Shown in pieces: positions 1-10,799 of a DNA stretch of 64,000 nucleotides. The notes under the pieces are model-generated. The model worked only from the letters and a program-made list of their open reading frames with translations. It searched no databases and had not been told where the DNA came from. Numbering within the stretch: the first letter of the stretch is position 1; every line of letters starts with the position of its first letter. Origin of the DNA: Candidatus Cloacimonadales bacterium. Lineage in GTDB: Bacteria; Cloacimonadota; Cloacimonadia; Cloacimonadales; JAIOQZ01. The position numbers and the translations under genes were made by a program. The stretch covers positions 3,584,001-3,648,000 of the forward strand of contig OY762463.1 in assembly GCA_963665815.1 (NCBI GenBank), read 5' to 3'.

Positions 1-654
1 TCGATCAATCATGCAATATCATTGCTTGGAATAAGGAAAACAAGAAACCTGCTTATAAGTATTGCGACAATAGGTTCTCTACCAAGAATACAGTCTGTAG
101 GCAAGTTTAATCTAAACACTTTCCTTATCCATTCACTTGGAACAGCAGTTATCTCCAGAATACTTGCCAAGGAATTGAGGATTTCTCCAACAGATCCTGA
201 GGAATACTTCATTTCCGGTTTACTTCATGATTTTGGCAAAATTGTAATGATATTCTATAAGCCTGATCAATACAAGTATGCTATTAATGCATCTGAAAGA
301 AAGAAAGTAAACCTTTACAAACAGGAAGAGATTTTCTTCGGTAAAAACCATGCTTTCATTGGTTTCGCTTTATCCAGACACTGGAAACTTTCAGGATTTA
401 TAGAGTCAGCAATTCATTATCATCACAGTGTAGACTATATTGCAGAAAAATACCTGATTGATGTTGCTATTATTCACGCTGCTAACTGTATTGCAAACCA
501 GAATGAAATTGGTGTAAGTGGTGATTATGGATCGAATGTTATAGATCCTCGCATTGCAGAAATGCTTAAACTAAATGTTGATGATCTTCCTGATATTCTT
601 GCAGATCTCGACGATGAGGTCGATAAGGCGAAAGTATTCCTTAACATTTTGTAA
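1..654 (+). CDS. HDOD (HD-related output) domain signalling protein, 5'-truncated by window edge
   Basis: Frame open from base 1 (SINHAISLLG...). Contains HDOD motifs HSLGTA, GLLHDFGKI, HAFIG..L..HWKL...AIHYHH. Confidence 0.85.
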   Translation, partial: SINHAISLLGIRKTRNLLISIATIGSLPRIQSVGKFNLNTFLIHSLGTAVISRILAKELRISPTDPEEYFISGLLHDFGKIVMIFYKPDQYKYAINASERKKVNLYKQEEIFFGKNHAFIGFALSRHWKLSGFIESAIHYHHSVDYIAEKYLIDVAIIHAANCIANQNEIGVSGDYGSNVIDPRIAEMLKLNVDDLPDILADLDDEVDKAKVFLNIL

Positions 655-677
655 ATGATGTTTATTAAGTATAAATC

Positions 678-705
678 AAGCCTGCTGAAATTCAGCAGGC
701 TTTTT
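678..705 (+). terminator. Intrinsic terminator after HDOD gene
   Basis: aagcctgctg-aaatt-cagcaggctt followed by T-run. Confidence 0.75.
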
Positions 706-770
706 ATCTTGCCCTGACAGGGAGTTGCGAATACGTTCCTGACATCGAGTAACTCAATTCCAAAATATAC

Positions 771-868
771 AAAAAACAGCCTCCCAAATGAGAGGCTGTT
801 CAACGAAATCTGTTTTACACACCATTCCAAAGGTCTAAAGACCATTTGGAAGGTATGAAACATCTGAG
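771..868 (-). repeat. 3' unit copy 1 (after gene A): bulged palindrome ~815-860 plus terminator 771-800
   Basis: Coding strand tttcataccttccaaatggtctttagacctttggaatggtgtgtaa...aacagcctctcatttgggaggctgtttttt; matches four other copies. Confidence 0.92.
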
Positions 869-3800
869 TTATTTAAGCATCAGCATTTTCTTAGTTTGAG
901 TAATTTCTGAAGTTATGAGTCTGTAAAAGTATACTCCGCTTGATACTGAGTTACCATTGTCATCTCTACCGTTCCAAGTTACTCTGTGATCATCTGCATC
1001 CAATTCTTCATTAACAAGATTTTTTTACTTTCTGACCGTTGATATTGTAGACAGCAAGTTCTACTCTTCCGGCTTTCTTAAGTGAGAATTCAATGTAGGT
1101 TATTGGATTGAATGGGTTAGGATAGTTTCCTTTAAGCTCTGTTATCAGGTTAACATCTTCAGGATCGGTTGCAGTATCGTAATTGATGTAGTAACCAGAA
1201 GAAGAAGTGCCTGAATGATATACTGCTGTAATGGTTGCCAGATATTGCTCACCATCAGTTAAACCGTTTATAACTAAAGATGTGTCTGTAGTGGTCTGGT
1301 CAATATCTGCGACCTGAACTCTGAAGTGCACTAACTCACGCTCACTTAAATTACTCTCAGAATTTTTTTCCGTATATGATGAGCCATCAACAAGAGCTTC
1401 ATCACAATTAACTTTAGTTCTGAATAAACGGTCTCCACACTGCCATACAAGCAGTCTTTCATTGTTAAGCCAGTTTATATTGGTAGGAGCAGTAAATACT
1501 TCGGTTAATTCAACAGTTAAAGCTGTGTTATCTCCTGAAATTATCTGTAATCCTTCTTGAGTAAACTGGTCATGGTCTGTTCTTGCAACTACAAGATTGT
1601 ATGTTCCCGGATACATTCCTTCAAGATCAATATCTCCGTTCTCATCTGATATAACTGAATACTCGGTATTGTCTGAAGGATCTGTCATAATTGCAACTGC
1701 TCCGGCATTATTGCCTGTATTGGAAGTTACATCAATATGAAGTCTACCGAATTCAAGAATGTTAAAGTCTACATCTATGGATTGTCCATCAACTGCGTTG
1801 ATGTTATCAATAATCTGAGTTTCATAACCATCTTTTTCTGCTGTGAGACTGAATGTAGCTGTTGGAAGATTTACAAAACAATATAATCCGGAATTATCTG
1901 AGAAAGTAGAAATTCCATTGCTCAGAGTAAGTTCTGCGTTCGGTACAGGATTATCAAATGTATCTCTTACATATCCTGTAATTATTGCACCCTGTCCCAG
2001 CAGAAAATCAACTATAGTAGTTTGGTCTTGAACAAGCTGAACTCCACCAATAGATTGAGTAGTATAGTTCCTTAACGAAGCAGTTACCGTATAAGTTTCA
2101 GGCGGTATTACCAGTAATTCATAATGACCTGCTGCATCTGTATAAACAACTGTAAAAAGTTCTTCTACAAGAACCTGGACATTATCAAGAGGGTTTCCGG
2201 ATACGTCTGTTATTGTACCGGCAATACCGGTCTGGGAAGGCTGTACATTTACACGAAGAGGTTCTGTTTCATCATTTAATGGAGCTTCATCTCCCTGAAG
2301 AATAACCTTACCATAGATTTCAGTAATACCTTCTACTGAAGGATTCCAGTCAAGGGAGAAATCTATGTTCTGTGCCTGTGTAATTGGCTGTCCGGTAACT
2401 GATGCAAGCTCAGTATTACTTGAGAAAAGTTTTACATCGTATGTGGATTGATCATTGAAACCAATGTTTCTTACAGTTACAGTATATGTAGAGGTTATAC
2501 CTACTCGAGGCATTTCATTTCCGGAAATCAATAATACTGCCAGATCATCATCAGGTGTAATCAAGTTAAGCAAGCTCACATCATCAATTGCGATATCACT
2601 TTCAGAACCGTTTCCAGTGTGACCACTGAATCTGAGATGAATAATCTGACCTGAGAAGATTGACAGATCAACTTCTTGTTCAATCCATTGATCTCCCTGA
2701 TCTCCACTTATTGAGAAGAAACCACTTATCCAGTTGTTTGTACTATGTTTATATACATCAATACTCAGAACTCCCATATCACTACCATACATATGGCTCC
2801 AGAAATACAGTACAGGATAACCATTATTTGTAAGGTCAAATGGTCTTGTTTCTATGTTTGCTGTCATATTGTTGTATCCGGAAGCCTCTGTGTAAATATA
2901 GTAACTTGAACCTGTTGTGTGATCAAATGAAGGTCCGGTATTAGGAGATGTTGTTGAACCTGATTGAATTGTCCAGCCAATATCGTCATTATTGTTCTGA
3001 GACCACCAGCGTGGAATTGATCCGTCGTCAAAATCAGCTGTATATGGATAAGCTGTAATAGTTGGATCCCCACGTACTGTAAAACTCCAAACCGGGCAGT
3101 TTGAAGCAGTTCCATTGTTATTGTAAGGAATAACCTGCCAGTAATATGTTGTTCCATAGGTCAAACCACTATAATCGTAGAACAAACTATTTGCCCTGTC
3201 TACATTATAACGAATATTTGTCGGTGGGTTATCTGTTCCAAAACTAAGATTGTAACCGGTTGCTCCTACAACTCTTTCCCAGTTCAGAGATCCTGCTTCG
3301 AACAAGTTTGTTGCCATATCAGCCGGCATTACAGGATTTGCACATTCCGGAGGGGTTGTGGTATCATAAACACTGACATCATCTATAGCAATATCTCCAT
3401 AATAACTGGATGTACCAAGAGCTGTATATCTTACAGCCATATTGTCAGACAAGTATGGGGGCAGGTCTATTTCCACATAAGTCCATACAGGACTGTACAA
3501 TAATGACGAAACACTGTTGTGCCAGGTACCATTCGAGAAAATATCGACATTGAGAGTTGACTGGGCAAAAGTTGATTCACCAGGATTTCCACTCCAATAA
3601 TAGAAGGTAAGTGTAGGATTTCCTAATCCGGACATGTCAAATTGGTTTGTTATTATTTCTGCATCATCAGGAGCACGACCAATATCACAAAATCCAAGGA
3701 AATCGCCTGTACCTGTAGTGTGATCTGAACTTGCAGCATGAGACAAGTTCGATTCAATTTCCCATTCATCGTTTGCATTAACTCCTTGAACCCATGATGC

Positions 3801-4841
3801 TGGAATTCCATTTTCAAAGTTTTCATTCCATGGGAAAGTCGATACATTAGCGGTAGGATCTTCCATTGTCATAAATATCCATGTATTACCCATTGTAGTA
3901 TAACGAGTATTCGAATTATGTGTATCCACTCTCCATTCATAATACGTATGAGGGTTAAGATTGCTGAATGAATATGAACCAGCATTTTCTACAACAGCAC
4001 CTGAAACAACCTGAGTCATATTTCCTGATTCACCAAACCATAAATCATATGTTTCGGTATCTGAACCAAATTCCCAGGTTAGTGTACCTGTCGGAGAAAC
4101 ACAATATGTTCCTGGAAGCGGGGAAGGATCAACAGCATATTCCGGATAACTAACCTGCGATGTAAACCTTATTGCCATATTATCATAGATATTCGAGTTG
4201 TCATTATAGCAATATTGAAGTCCGATCATTCCATCACTGTTCTCTATACCGATTGTAGAGTTGCGTGTAAAGATATTATTAAACGAATCATACTGAAGTA
4301 TTATATCTCCGTTTTCGAGTAAAATCACTTGAGAACTCAAAATATTAACGCTCTGATTCGGATTTAACAAGTTTGTGCTAAATGATATCAGCAACGCATT
4401 TGAGTTGTCATATACAATATTTTCATATGATGCTGTTGCATAAGGAGAGGGAATACCCGGAACATAATGTATGAAACTCCAGAACCAGGAAATCATATTA
4501 TTCGGAGCATTCAAATTGGGAATTGCATTATTTCCAAATCCATAGTTAGAATTGGTGAATGTAATAAATCCATCTGAGCTCAAATAGAGATTAGTATACG
4601 TGTTATCGTAGAAAGGAAAATTAAATCCTATTGGAAATGGACCTACAATGCCTGCATCACAATTAATTTGAACCTGATTAGCATTCACTGTATCAGGTGT
4701 GATCCAGCTATAGACAGGACCATTGGGATTGTTGCTGTTTGTCCATGAATATCCAAATGCATCAGGTCCTCCTGAAGTTTGTCCATTCAAAGTAATAAAT
4801 GAGAATAAAAGAATAGTGATTAAGACCGTGCTCAGTCTCAT
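869..4841 (-). pseudogene. Gene A: secreted modular protein (N-terminal NIDO-like domain, Fn3-like, 2 MAM-like, CARDB, 3 carboxypeptidase-regulatory-like, FlgD-Ig/CTD), frameshifted at 1020-1026
   Basis: ORF 1011-4841 has a signal peptide and RBS aaggaggt and stops at QKVKKSC*. Removing one A from the A7 run restores KVKNLVNEELDADDHRVTWNG...KKMLMLK* ending at 869, as in the paralogs. Domain names come from motif recognition, not an HMM run. Confidence 0.8.
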
Positions 4842-5147
4842 GTAGACCTCCTTATGTATTTGACGAGGTTAAAATTTTATGAGTAACAATGTACATTCTT
4901 AATATATTAATTGATTCGATATTGTCTTTTTTTTGTGAACCTTTACTTATTTTTTTTACAGGCATTACGAGGTTGTTTCTTTATGGTTGATAGTAAAGGA
5001 AACACTTATTATTCTGCTTTATATGGAATTGGAAATTATTATGAAAACAATTCAATAGTAGGGTCTATTTCAGAGGAACATTATATAGTGTAATGTGCTC
5101 AATAGTGAGTGTGTATTTGCTCTTTATAGTGAGTTAGTACAGATACG

Positions 5148-5178
5148 AAAAAAGGCTGTTACAAATTGCAACAGCCTT
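5148..5178 (-). terminator. Intrinsic terminator after ileS
   Basis: aaggctgtt...aacagcctt stem with an A-run on + (U-tail on -). Confidence 0.75.
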
Positions 5179-5199
5179 ATATAATATTCTATTTTCAGA

Positions 5200-8100
5200 T
5201 TATGCTTTTTTTATCAGCAGATGAATTTCCTTACCGTTGATATCCCATTTCTGCATATCTTCAGTAACTTCTGATTCTGAAATGGTCTCGTTTGTGAGAG
5301 TTTCAGATTTGATGTATTCACCGAATCCTTCAAATACTTTGCTTATAACTTCATCTGCGAAGTAGTGAACAACTATTCGGTCCATAATGTCAAAATTACT
5401 GTCTTTTCTGGTAAACTGAATCTTGTTTACAAGCTCTCTTGCATAACCTTCATTTATCAGTTCTTCTGTGAGTTTTGTATCAAGAGCAACAAATATATCT
5501 TTGTCCTTTTCGAAAACAAAGCCTTCTTTTTCTTGTATGGAGAAAATCAGATCAGCTTCTTCAATGTGAAGTGTCTGTCCTTCCGCTTCAATGAAGAATT
5601 TTTCATCTTTGTTGAAAGCTGCAAGAATATGAGCAGGATCAGTCTTCTGAAGCGCACTCTGAATTGCTTTCATAAATTTACCATACTTCGGACCTATTGT
5701 TTTGAAGTTTGGTTTTACAGTATAGGAAACAATAGAGTCGGATTCTGACATATATTTGATTTCCTTCACGTTGATTTCTTCCTTAACCAATTCTTCCATT
5801 GCAGAAATATATTTTTTTTGTGCTTCAGGTACGTAAAGAGCTCCGAGAGTTTGTCTGACTTTAAGCTGAGATGTATTTCTTGCTGCTCTACCAAGAGTAA
5901 CAACATCAACAACTGCTTTCATTCTCTTTTCAATATCAACATCAATCAGATCTTCTCTAACTGCAGGGAAGCTCTGAAGATGAACACTTTTCCCGTTATT
6001 AAGATTACCATAAATCTCTTCTGAGATATACGGAGCAAATGGTGCCATCATTTTTGTTGTTTCAGAAAGAACATACCATAAAGTCATATAGGCATTCTTC
6101 TTGTCTTCAGTAACAGTCATTTCCCAGTATCTTCTTCTGGATCTTCTTACATACCAATTACTGATGTCATCAAGTACAAAACTCTGGATAAGTCTTACAC
6201 TTCTTGTGAGATCGTATTTATCGTTATTTTCCTGAACAGTCTTGACAACAGTATTCAATCGAGATAATATCCATTTATCAAGTTCATTATCCGTATTAAA
6301 ATCATATTCATAATTGAGAGCATCAAAAGAATCGATATTCGCATAAGTTGCGTAGAAAGAATATACATTCTTAAGTGTGTTTATCAGTTTACTGACAATT
6401 TCCTGAACACCTTTCACGTCAAACTTAGTAGGAACCCATGGAGGACTCACAGCAAGCAGGAACCATCTGATTGCATCTGCACCGTATTTATCCATCATTT
6501 CCATTGGATTTACTGTGTTACCGATACGCTTGCTCATTTTTTTGCCTTTAGCATCAAGAATGAGGTCATTTACCAGTACATTTTTATACGGAGCTTTACC
6601 TGTAACGAAAGTTGAGATTGCCAACAGGGAATAGAACCAGCCACGTGTCTGATCAATACCTTCACAGATGAAATCAGCAGGGAAAAGTTCTTTATCGAAT
6701 CTATCTTTGTTCTCAAATGGATAATGCCATTGAGCAAACGGCATTGCACCACTGTCAAACCAGCAGTCGATAACTTCAGGAGTTCTTTCCATTTTCCCGC
6801 CGCATGAACAAGTAAGTTGCACATCATCCACATATGGTCTGTGCAGGTCGATGTCAGCAGTTACTTTTTCACCGTTTTTAAGGGTTCCATGTTCAACAAG
6901 GTCAGCTATTGATCCTATGCTTTTGCGCTCACCACAATCTTTACAAATCCAGAGATTTAAAGGAGTTCCCCAGAATCTGTCACGGCTTAATGCCCAGTCA
7001 ACATTGTTCTCAAGCCATTCACCGAATCTTTTTTCTCCGACAAAGGAAGGATACCAGTTAACACCTTTATTATTGTTTATCAACTGTTCTTTGAATTCTG
7101 TTGTTTTGATATACCAGCTTGAACGAGCAAAGTACAGAAGCGGAGAGTCACATCTCCAGCAGAACGGATAAGTGTGAAGAATCTGCTCTCTTCTATAGAG
7201 TAAACCCCTGTCTTTAAGATTTCTGATGATTGATTTATCAGCATCTTTAACAAATTCACCTTTCCAATCAGTAACCTGTTCAGTGAATTTACCGGCTCCA
7301 TCTACAGGTTGAATAACAGGTAAATTATATTTTCTACCCAGGTTATAGTCATCCTGCCCAAATGCAGGTGCTGTGTGCACAATCCCGGTACCATCACCCA
7401 TTGTTACATAATCTGCCAAACCAACAAACCATGCTTTTGTTTCAGGTTTAACAAAGCTGAATAACGGTTCGTATTCTTTATATTCCAATTCATTACCAAC
7501 ATATTCTTCGATTTCTTCGTACTCTCCGTCAATTACAGAAAGTCTTTCTTTGGCGAGGATCAAATATTCATCATTATGTTTAATCTTAACATATTTTTCG
7601 TCCGGATGCACTACGAGAGCAGCATTGGAGATTAAAGTCCAGGGTGTTGTTGTCCAGGCAAGGAAGTATGTGTTTTCCACATCTTTCATCTTGAATTTGA
7701 TGAAGACAGACGGATCTTCAGCGTCTTTATAACCTTGGGCTACTTCATGACTGGAAAGAGGAGTTCCACAACTAGGGCAGTACGGTACAATTTTGTGACC
7801 TTTATAGATCAATCCTTTTTCATGGAACTGATTGAGTATCCACCAGACAGTTTCGATGTACTCATTTTTAAGAGTAATGTAGGCATTGTCGAGATCAAGC
7901 CAGTAACCCATGGTTCTGGTCATTTCGCGCCATTCTTTCTCATATGAGAAAACGGATTCACGGCATTTTTTATTGAAAGGTTCGATTCCGTAATCTTCGA
8001 TACCTTTTTTATCTTTCAGTCCAAGTTGTTTTTCCACTTCGATTTCTACAGGAAGACCGTGAGTATCCCATCCAGCCTTACGCTTTACCTGAAATCCCTG

Positions 8101-8322
8101 CATTGTTTTATATCGGCAGATTGTGTCTTTGATCGCTCTGGACATCATGTGGTGGATTCCCGGTTTTCCATTAGCTGTAGGAGGTCCCTCAAAGAATACG
8201 AATGCTTCTTTCCCTTCTCTGTTTTCTATTGATTTCTTTTCTGTATCATTTTTTTGCCAGTATTCTCTGACTCTTTTCTCAAAATCAGCTGCTTTTTCTT
8301 TTATATCAATACTTTTATACAT
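5200..8322 (-). CDS. ileS: Isoleucyl-tRNA synthetase, type 2 (IleRS2)
   Basis: FFEGPPTANGKPGIHH, GWDTHGLPVE, WTTTPWTL, EGIDQTRGWF, KMSKR; 1040 aa with type-2 C-terminus. Confidence 0.97.
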   Translation of the reverse strand: MYKSIDIKEKAADFEKRVREYWQKNDTEKKSIENREGKEAFVFFEGPPTANGKPGIHHMMSRAIKDTICRYKTMQGFQVKRKAGWDTHGLPVEIEVEKQLGLKDKKGIEDYGIEPFNKKCRESVFSYEKEWREMTRTMGYWLDLDNAYITLKNEYIETVWWILNQFHEKGLIYKGHKIVPYCPSCGTPLSSHEVAQGYKDAEDPSVFIKFKMKDVENTYFLAWTTTPWTLISNAALVVHPDEKYVKIKHNDEYLILAKERLSVIDGEYEEIEEYVGNELEYKEYEPLFSFVKPETKAWFVGLADYVTMGDGTGIVHTAPAFGQDDYNLGRKYNLPVIQPVDGAGKFTEQVTDWKGEFVKDADKSIIRNLKDRGLLYRREQILHTYPFCWRCDSPLLYFARSSWYIKTTEFKEQLINNNKGVNWYPSFVGEKRFGEWLENNVDWALSRDRFWGTPLNLWICKDCGERKSIGSIADLVEHGTLKNGEKVTADIDLHRPYVDDVQLTCSCGGKMERTPEVIDCWFDSGAMPFAQWHYPFENKDRFDKELFPADFICEGIDQTRGWFYSLLAISTFVTGKAPYKNVLVNDLILDAKGKKMSKRIGNTVNPMEMMDKYGADAIRWFLLAVSPPWVPTKFDVKGVQEIVSKLINTLKNVYSFYATYANIDSFDALNYEYDFNTDNELDKWILSRLNTVVKTVQENNDKYDLTRSVRLIQSFVLDDISNWYVRRSRRRYWEMTVTEDKKNAYMTLWYVLSETTKMMAPFAPYISEEIYGNLNNGKSVHLQSFPAVREDLIDVDIEKRMKAVVDVVTLGRAARNTSQLKVRQTLGALYVPEAQKKYISAMEELVKEEINVKEIKYMSESDSIVSYTVKPNFKTIGPKYGKFMKAIQSALQKTDPAHILAAFNKDEKFFIEAEGQTLHIEEADLIFSIQEKEGFVFEKDKDIFVALDTKLTEELINEGYARELVNKIQFTRKDSNFDIMDRIVVHYFADEVISKVFEGFGEYIKSETLTNETISESEVTEDMQKWDINGKEIHLLIKKA

Positions 8323-8357
8323 TCAGTTCTCCTTAAATTCTATATCGACTCAAATTT

Positions 8358-8609
8358 CTATTCCTGAGTCTCTTCTTCTTCAAAGCTGTCTTTGAAATGC
8401 TCATAAAGTTCAGGAATACCTTCTACATATTCCTTCCATTTTGCGAATGATTTTTCCTTATCAACACATTTTGGACATATAATGAGGAGATTCTCCTGAT
8501 TAGTTCCAATCCACCCTCTGTCAAAACATTTTTTGCAACTTTTTTTAATTCTGGATTCGACAGCGAATTTTTTAGCTGCCTCAAGATGTTTTTCTTCCAG
8601 GATATACAT
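8358..8609 (-). CDS. Small protein with CxxC...CxxC zinc-ribbon-like motif
   Basis: CKKCFDRGWIG...ICPKC; RBS aaggag; closely spaced with ileS. Confidence 0.7.
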   Translation of the reverse strand: MYILEEKHLEAAKKFAVESRIKKSCKKCFDRGWIGTNQENLLIICPKCVDKEKSFAKWKEYVEGIPELYEHFKDSFEEEETQE

Positions 8610-8627
8610 ATTATCTCCTTTCTTCGA

Positions 8628-9053
8628 TTAATCTATATCAGTTAATCCTTTTGATTTATATACTTTTACGATAGGTTCAGCGAGTTTTTCTGTTTCATGC
8701 ATTCTGAGCTGAAACTGAAGCCTCATGACTTTTCTTATGTCAGAACCACCTTTGAATTTGAATCTCTTCGTTATTCTGCTGGCTACTTCTTTACCACTTT
8801 CAGTTACAAGAGCTATATATATGGGGACTTCATGATCATAAGAAGATGCGTTTTTCACGTAAAAACTGATATCCGCATATCTATCGGACTGTTCTTCAAT
8901 TTTTACATCGTGAAACACTAATGATTCTTTCTGATAATCATTATAACATTTCTTAATATAGAATCCTAACAGTATTGCAACCAGAAGCAGCATTTTAATA
9001 CCATTAGGAACCACTCTCCTCTCGGAAGTTTTCTGTCCGCCAAAAACAGCCAT
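8628..9053 (-). CDS. Hypothetical single-TM membrane-anchored protein
   Basis: RBS aggag, N-terminal hydrophobic segment, co-oriented and closely spaced with neighbours. Confidence 0.7.
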   Translation of the reverse strand: MAVFGGQKTSERRVVPNGIKMLLLVAILLGFYIKKCYNDYQKESLVFHDVKIEEQSDRYADISFYVKNASSYDHEVPIYIALVTESGKEVASRITKRFKFKGGSDIRKVMRLQFQLRMHETEKLAEPIVKVYKSKGLTDID

Positions 9054-9151
9054 GTTATCTCCTGAACTAATTTAACTATAATTTTCTTGTCAAATCCGGC
9101 AAAAATATTTTTAAAGAATTATGCAAATAAATTATATGTCAATGAGAAACC

Positions 9152-10360
9152 ATGATTTTATTTTATAATATTTTGTTAACTCTTTTTTTCCCTTTAGTAT
9201 ATTTTATGCTGAAGTTGAAAATAAAACCTGAAGAGCTGAACGAAAGAATGAAGTACTCAGAAGGTAAAGCCGATATCTGGATACATGCTTCTTCAGTAGG
9301 AGAAGTAAACGGAATAAGGGAATTTGTTAAACGACTTCATCAAAGATTACCGATGAAAAGAATTGTTATAACAACAATGACTATAACAGGCAAAAAAACA
9401 GCAGAAAGCATTCACCCTGAGGTGAAATGCTGTCTTTTACCTCTTGATTTTCCTTTTACAATAAAGAAAGCTCTTCAAGAAATGAACCCTGAGTTAATTC
9501 TGATTGCTGAAACAGAAATTTGGCCAAACCTGCTGAATACAGCTAAAATGAGAAACATTCCGGTCTGTCTGATCAATGCAAGACTGTCTGAAAAGTCTGT
9601 AAGATCATATAAACGATTCAGTTTGTTATTCAAACCTTTATTCAGTGCTATCAGCCTCGTTCTAACTCAATCTGAGGAGAATGCTGAACGATTCAAATCA
9701 CTGAAATTTCCTGAGGTTATTAATGGTGGAAATCTAAAATTCAGCCTTAGGTTAAATGAGATAGATGCTGTTACTAAAAGAGAAGAGCTTCACATAAATG
9801 AAAATGATTATGTAATAACCTGGGGTAGCTCAAGACCAGGCGAAGAAGAGTTAATCAACGATGTATTTCCCTTACTCAATGACAGAATATCTGACCTGAG
9901 ATTCATCATTGTTCCACGTCACCTTAACCGCCTTGATGAAGTCAGGGAAACATTATCCACTCTTGACTGCAGTCTTCTTTCTGAGGATAGAAACACAAAA
10001 ATTATTATTGTTGATAAAATGGGAGTACTGCCCGAAATGTATGCAGTGGCAGATCTTTGCATTACCGGTGGCAGCTTTGTGCCAATTGGTGGTCATAATC
10101 CGTTGGAAGCAGCATTTTATGCAAAACCTGGCATAATTGGAGAGTATTATGAGAATTGCCGATATTCTGTGGAGCAACTTAAAAAACATGATGGTATTGT
10201 AGTAAGCAGCAAAAGCACAATAATGGAAAACATACTTTTCCTTTTTGAAAATCCTGATTTCAGTAAGTCTTTAGGAGAGAATGCAAAGAATGTTCTTGAA
10301 GTAAATAAACACAGTCTGGATATTCATTTGGCGGAAGTTATCAAGTTATTGAAACAATGA
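9152..10360 (+). CDS. waaA: 3-deoxy-D-manno-octulosonic acid (Kdo) transferase
   Basis: IWIHASSVGE, LPLDFP, AETEIWPN, INARLSEKS, PRH, GGSFVPIGGHNPLEAA. Confidence 0.95.
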   Translation: MILFYNILLTLFFPLVYFMLKLKIKPEELNERMKYSEGKADIWIHASSVGEVNGIREFVKRLHQRLPMKRIVITTMTITGKKTAESIHPEVKCCLLPLDFPFTIKKALQEMNPELILIAETEIWPNLLNTAKMRNIPVCLINARLSEKSVRSYKRFSLLFKPLFSAISLVLTQSEENAERFKSLKFPEVINGGNLKFSLRLNEIDAVTKREELHINENDYVITWGSSRPGEEELINDVFPLLNDRISDLRFIIVPRHLNRLDEVRETLSTLDCSLLSEDRNTKIIIVDKMGVLPEMYAVADLCITGGSFVPIGGHNPLEAAFYAKPGIIGEYYENCRYSVEQLKKHDGIVVSSKSTIMENILFLFENPDFSKSLGENAKNVLEVNKHSLDIHLAEVIKLLKQ

Positions 10361-10363
10361 ATA

Positions 10364-10657
10364 CTACATAATATCTTCAGAGATGTCGACCATATTCCTT
10401 TTTTTGAAGTACTGTTGTTTTTCAAATACCATCATAAAGTGAACAAGAGACTTGTACCTGATCAAGTCATCATCTTCAAAAATCGTAATTGATTCACCAT
10501 TTTTCTTTGTTATGACATAGTAATTGCTTTTAACACCGGACTTAAAAAAGCTTAGAAGGAATTTTTTAACATTAAGTTTCGGTTCAGAAATTACATCAAT
10601 ATCTTTGAACTTAATAGTTTCTCCATTAGGAAGTTGGAATTTATCTATACAACTCAT
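10364..10657 (-). CDS. Hypothetical protein
   Basis: 97-aa ORF filling the waaA-rpsT gap; no recognisable motif. Confidence 0.5.
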   Translation of the reverse strand: MSCIDKFQLPNGETIKFKDIDVISEPKLNVKKFLLSFFKSGVKSNYYVITKKNGESITIFEDDDLIRYKSLVHFMMVFEKQQYFKKRNMVDISEDIM

Positions 10658-10799
10658 TTGAAACCCTGTGTATGTTTTTAGGTAAATAGGTTTAGCAAAG
10701 TAAGAATTGTCAATTCATTTATAAAATAAAAAATAAATATTGACAGTAAATGTGTCTATTTTTTTCTTTTGCATGAGATTATGAAAATCGGAGGAACGA

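Noticed and set aside
525..863. 112-aa minus-strand ORF downstream of gene A
   Set aside because: Runs through the palindrome and terminators and overlaps the HDOD gene antisense; not preserved in the other copies.
4911..5135. 60-aa ORF and short atagtg(agt) direct repeats upstream of gene A
   Set aside because: TTG start without RBS in AT-rich intergenic DNA; repeats too short and irregular to support.
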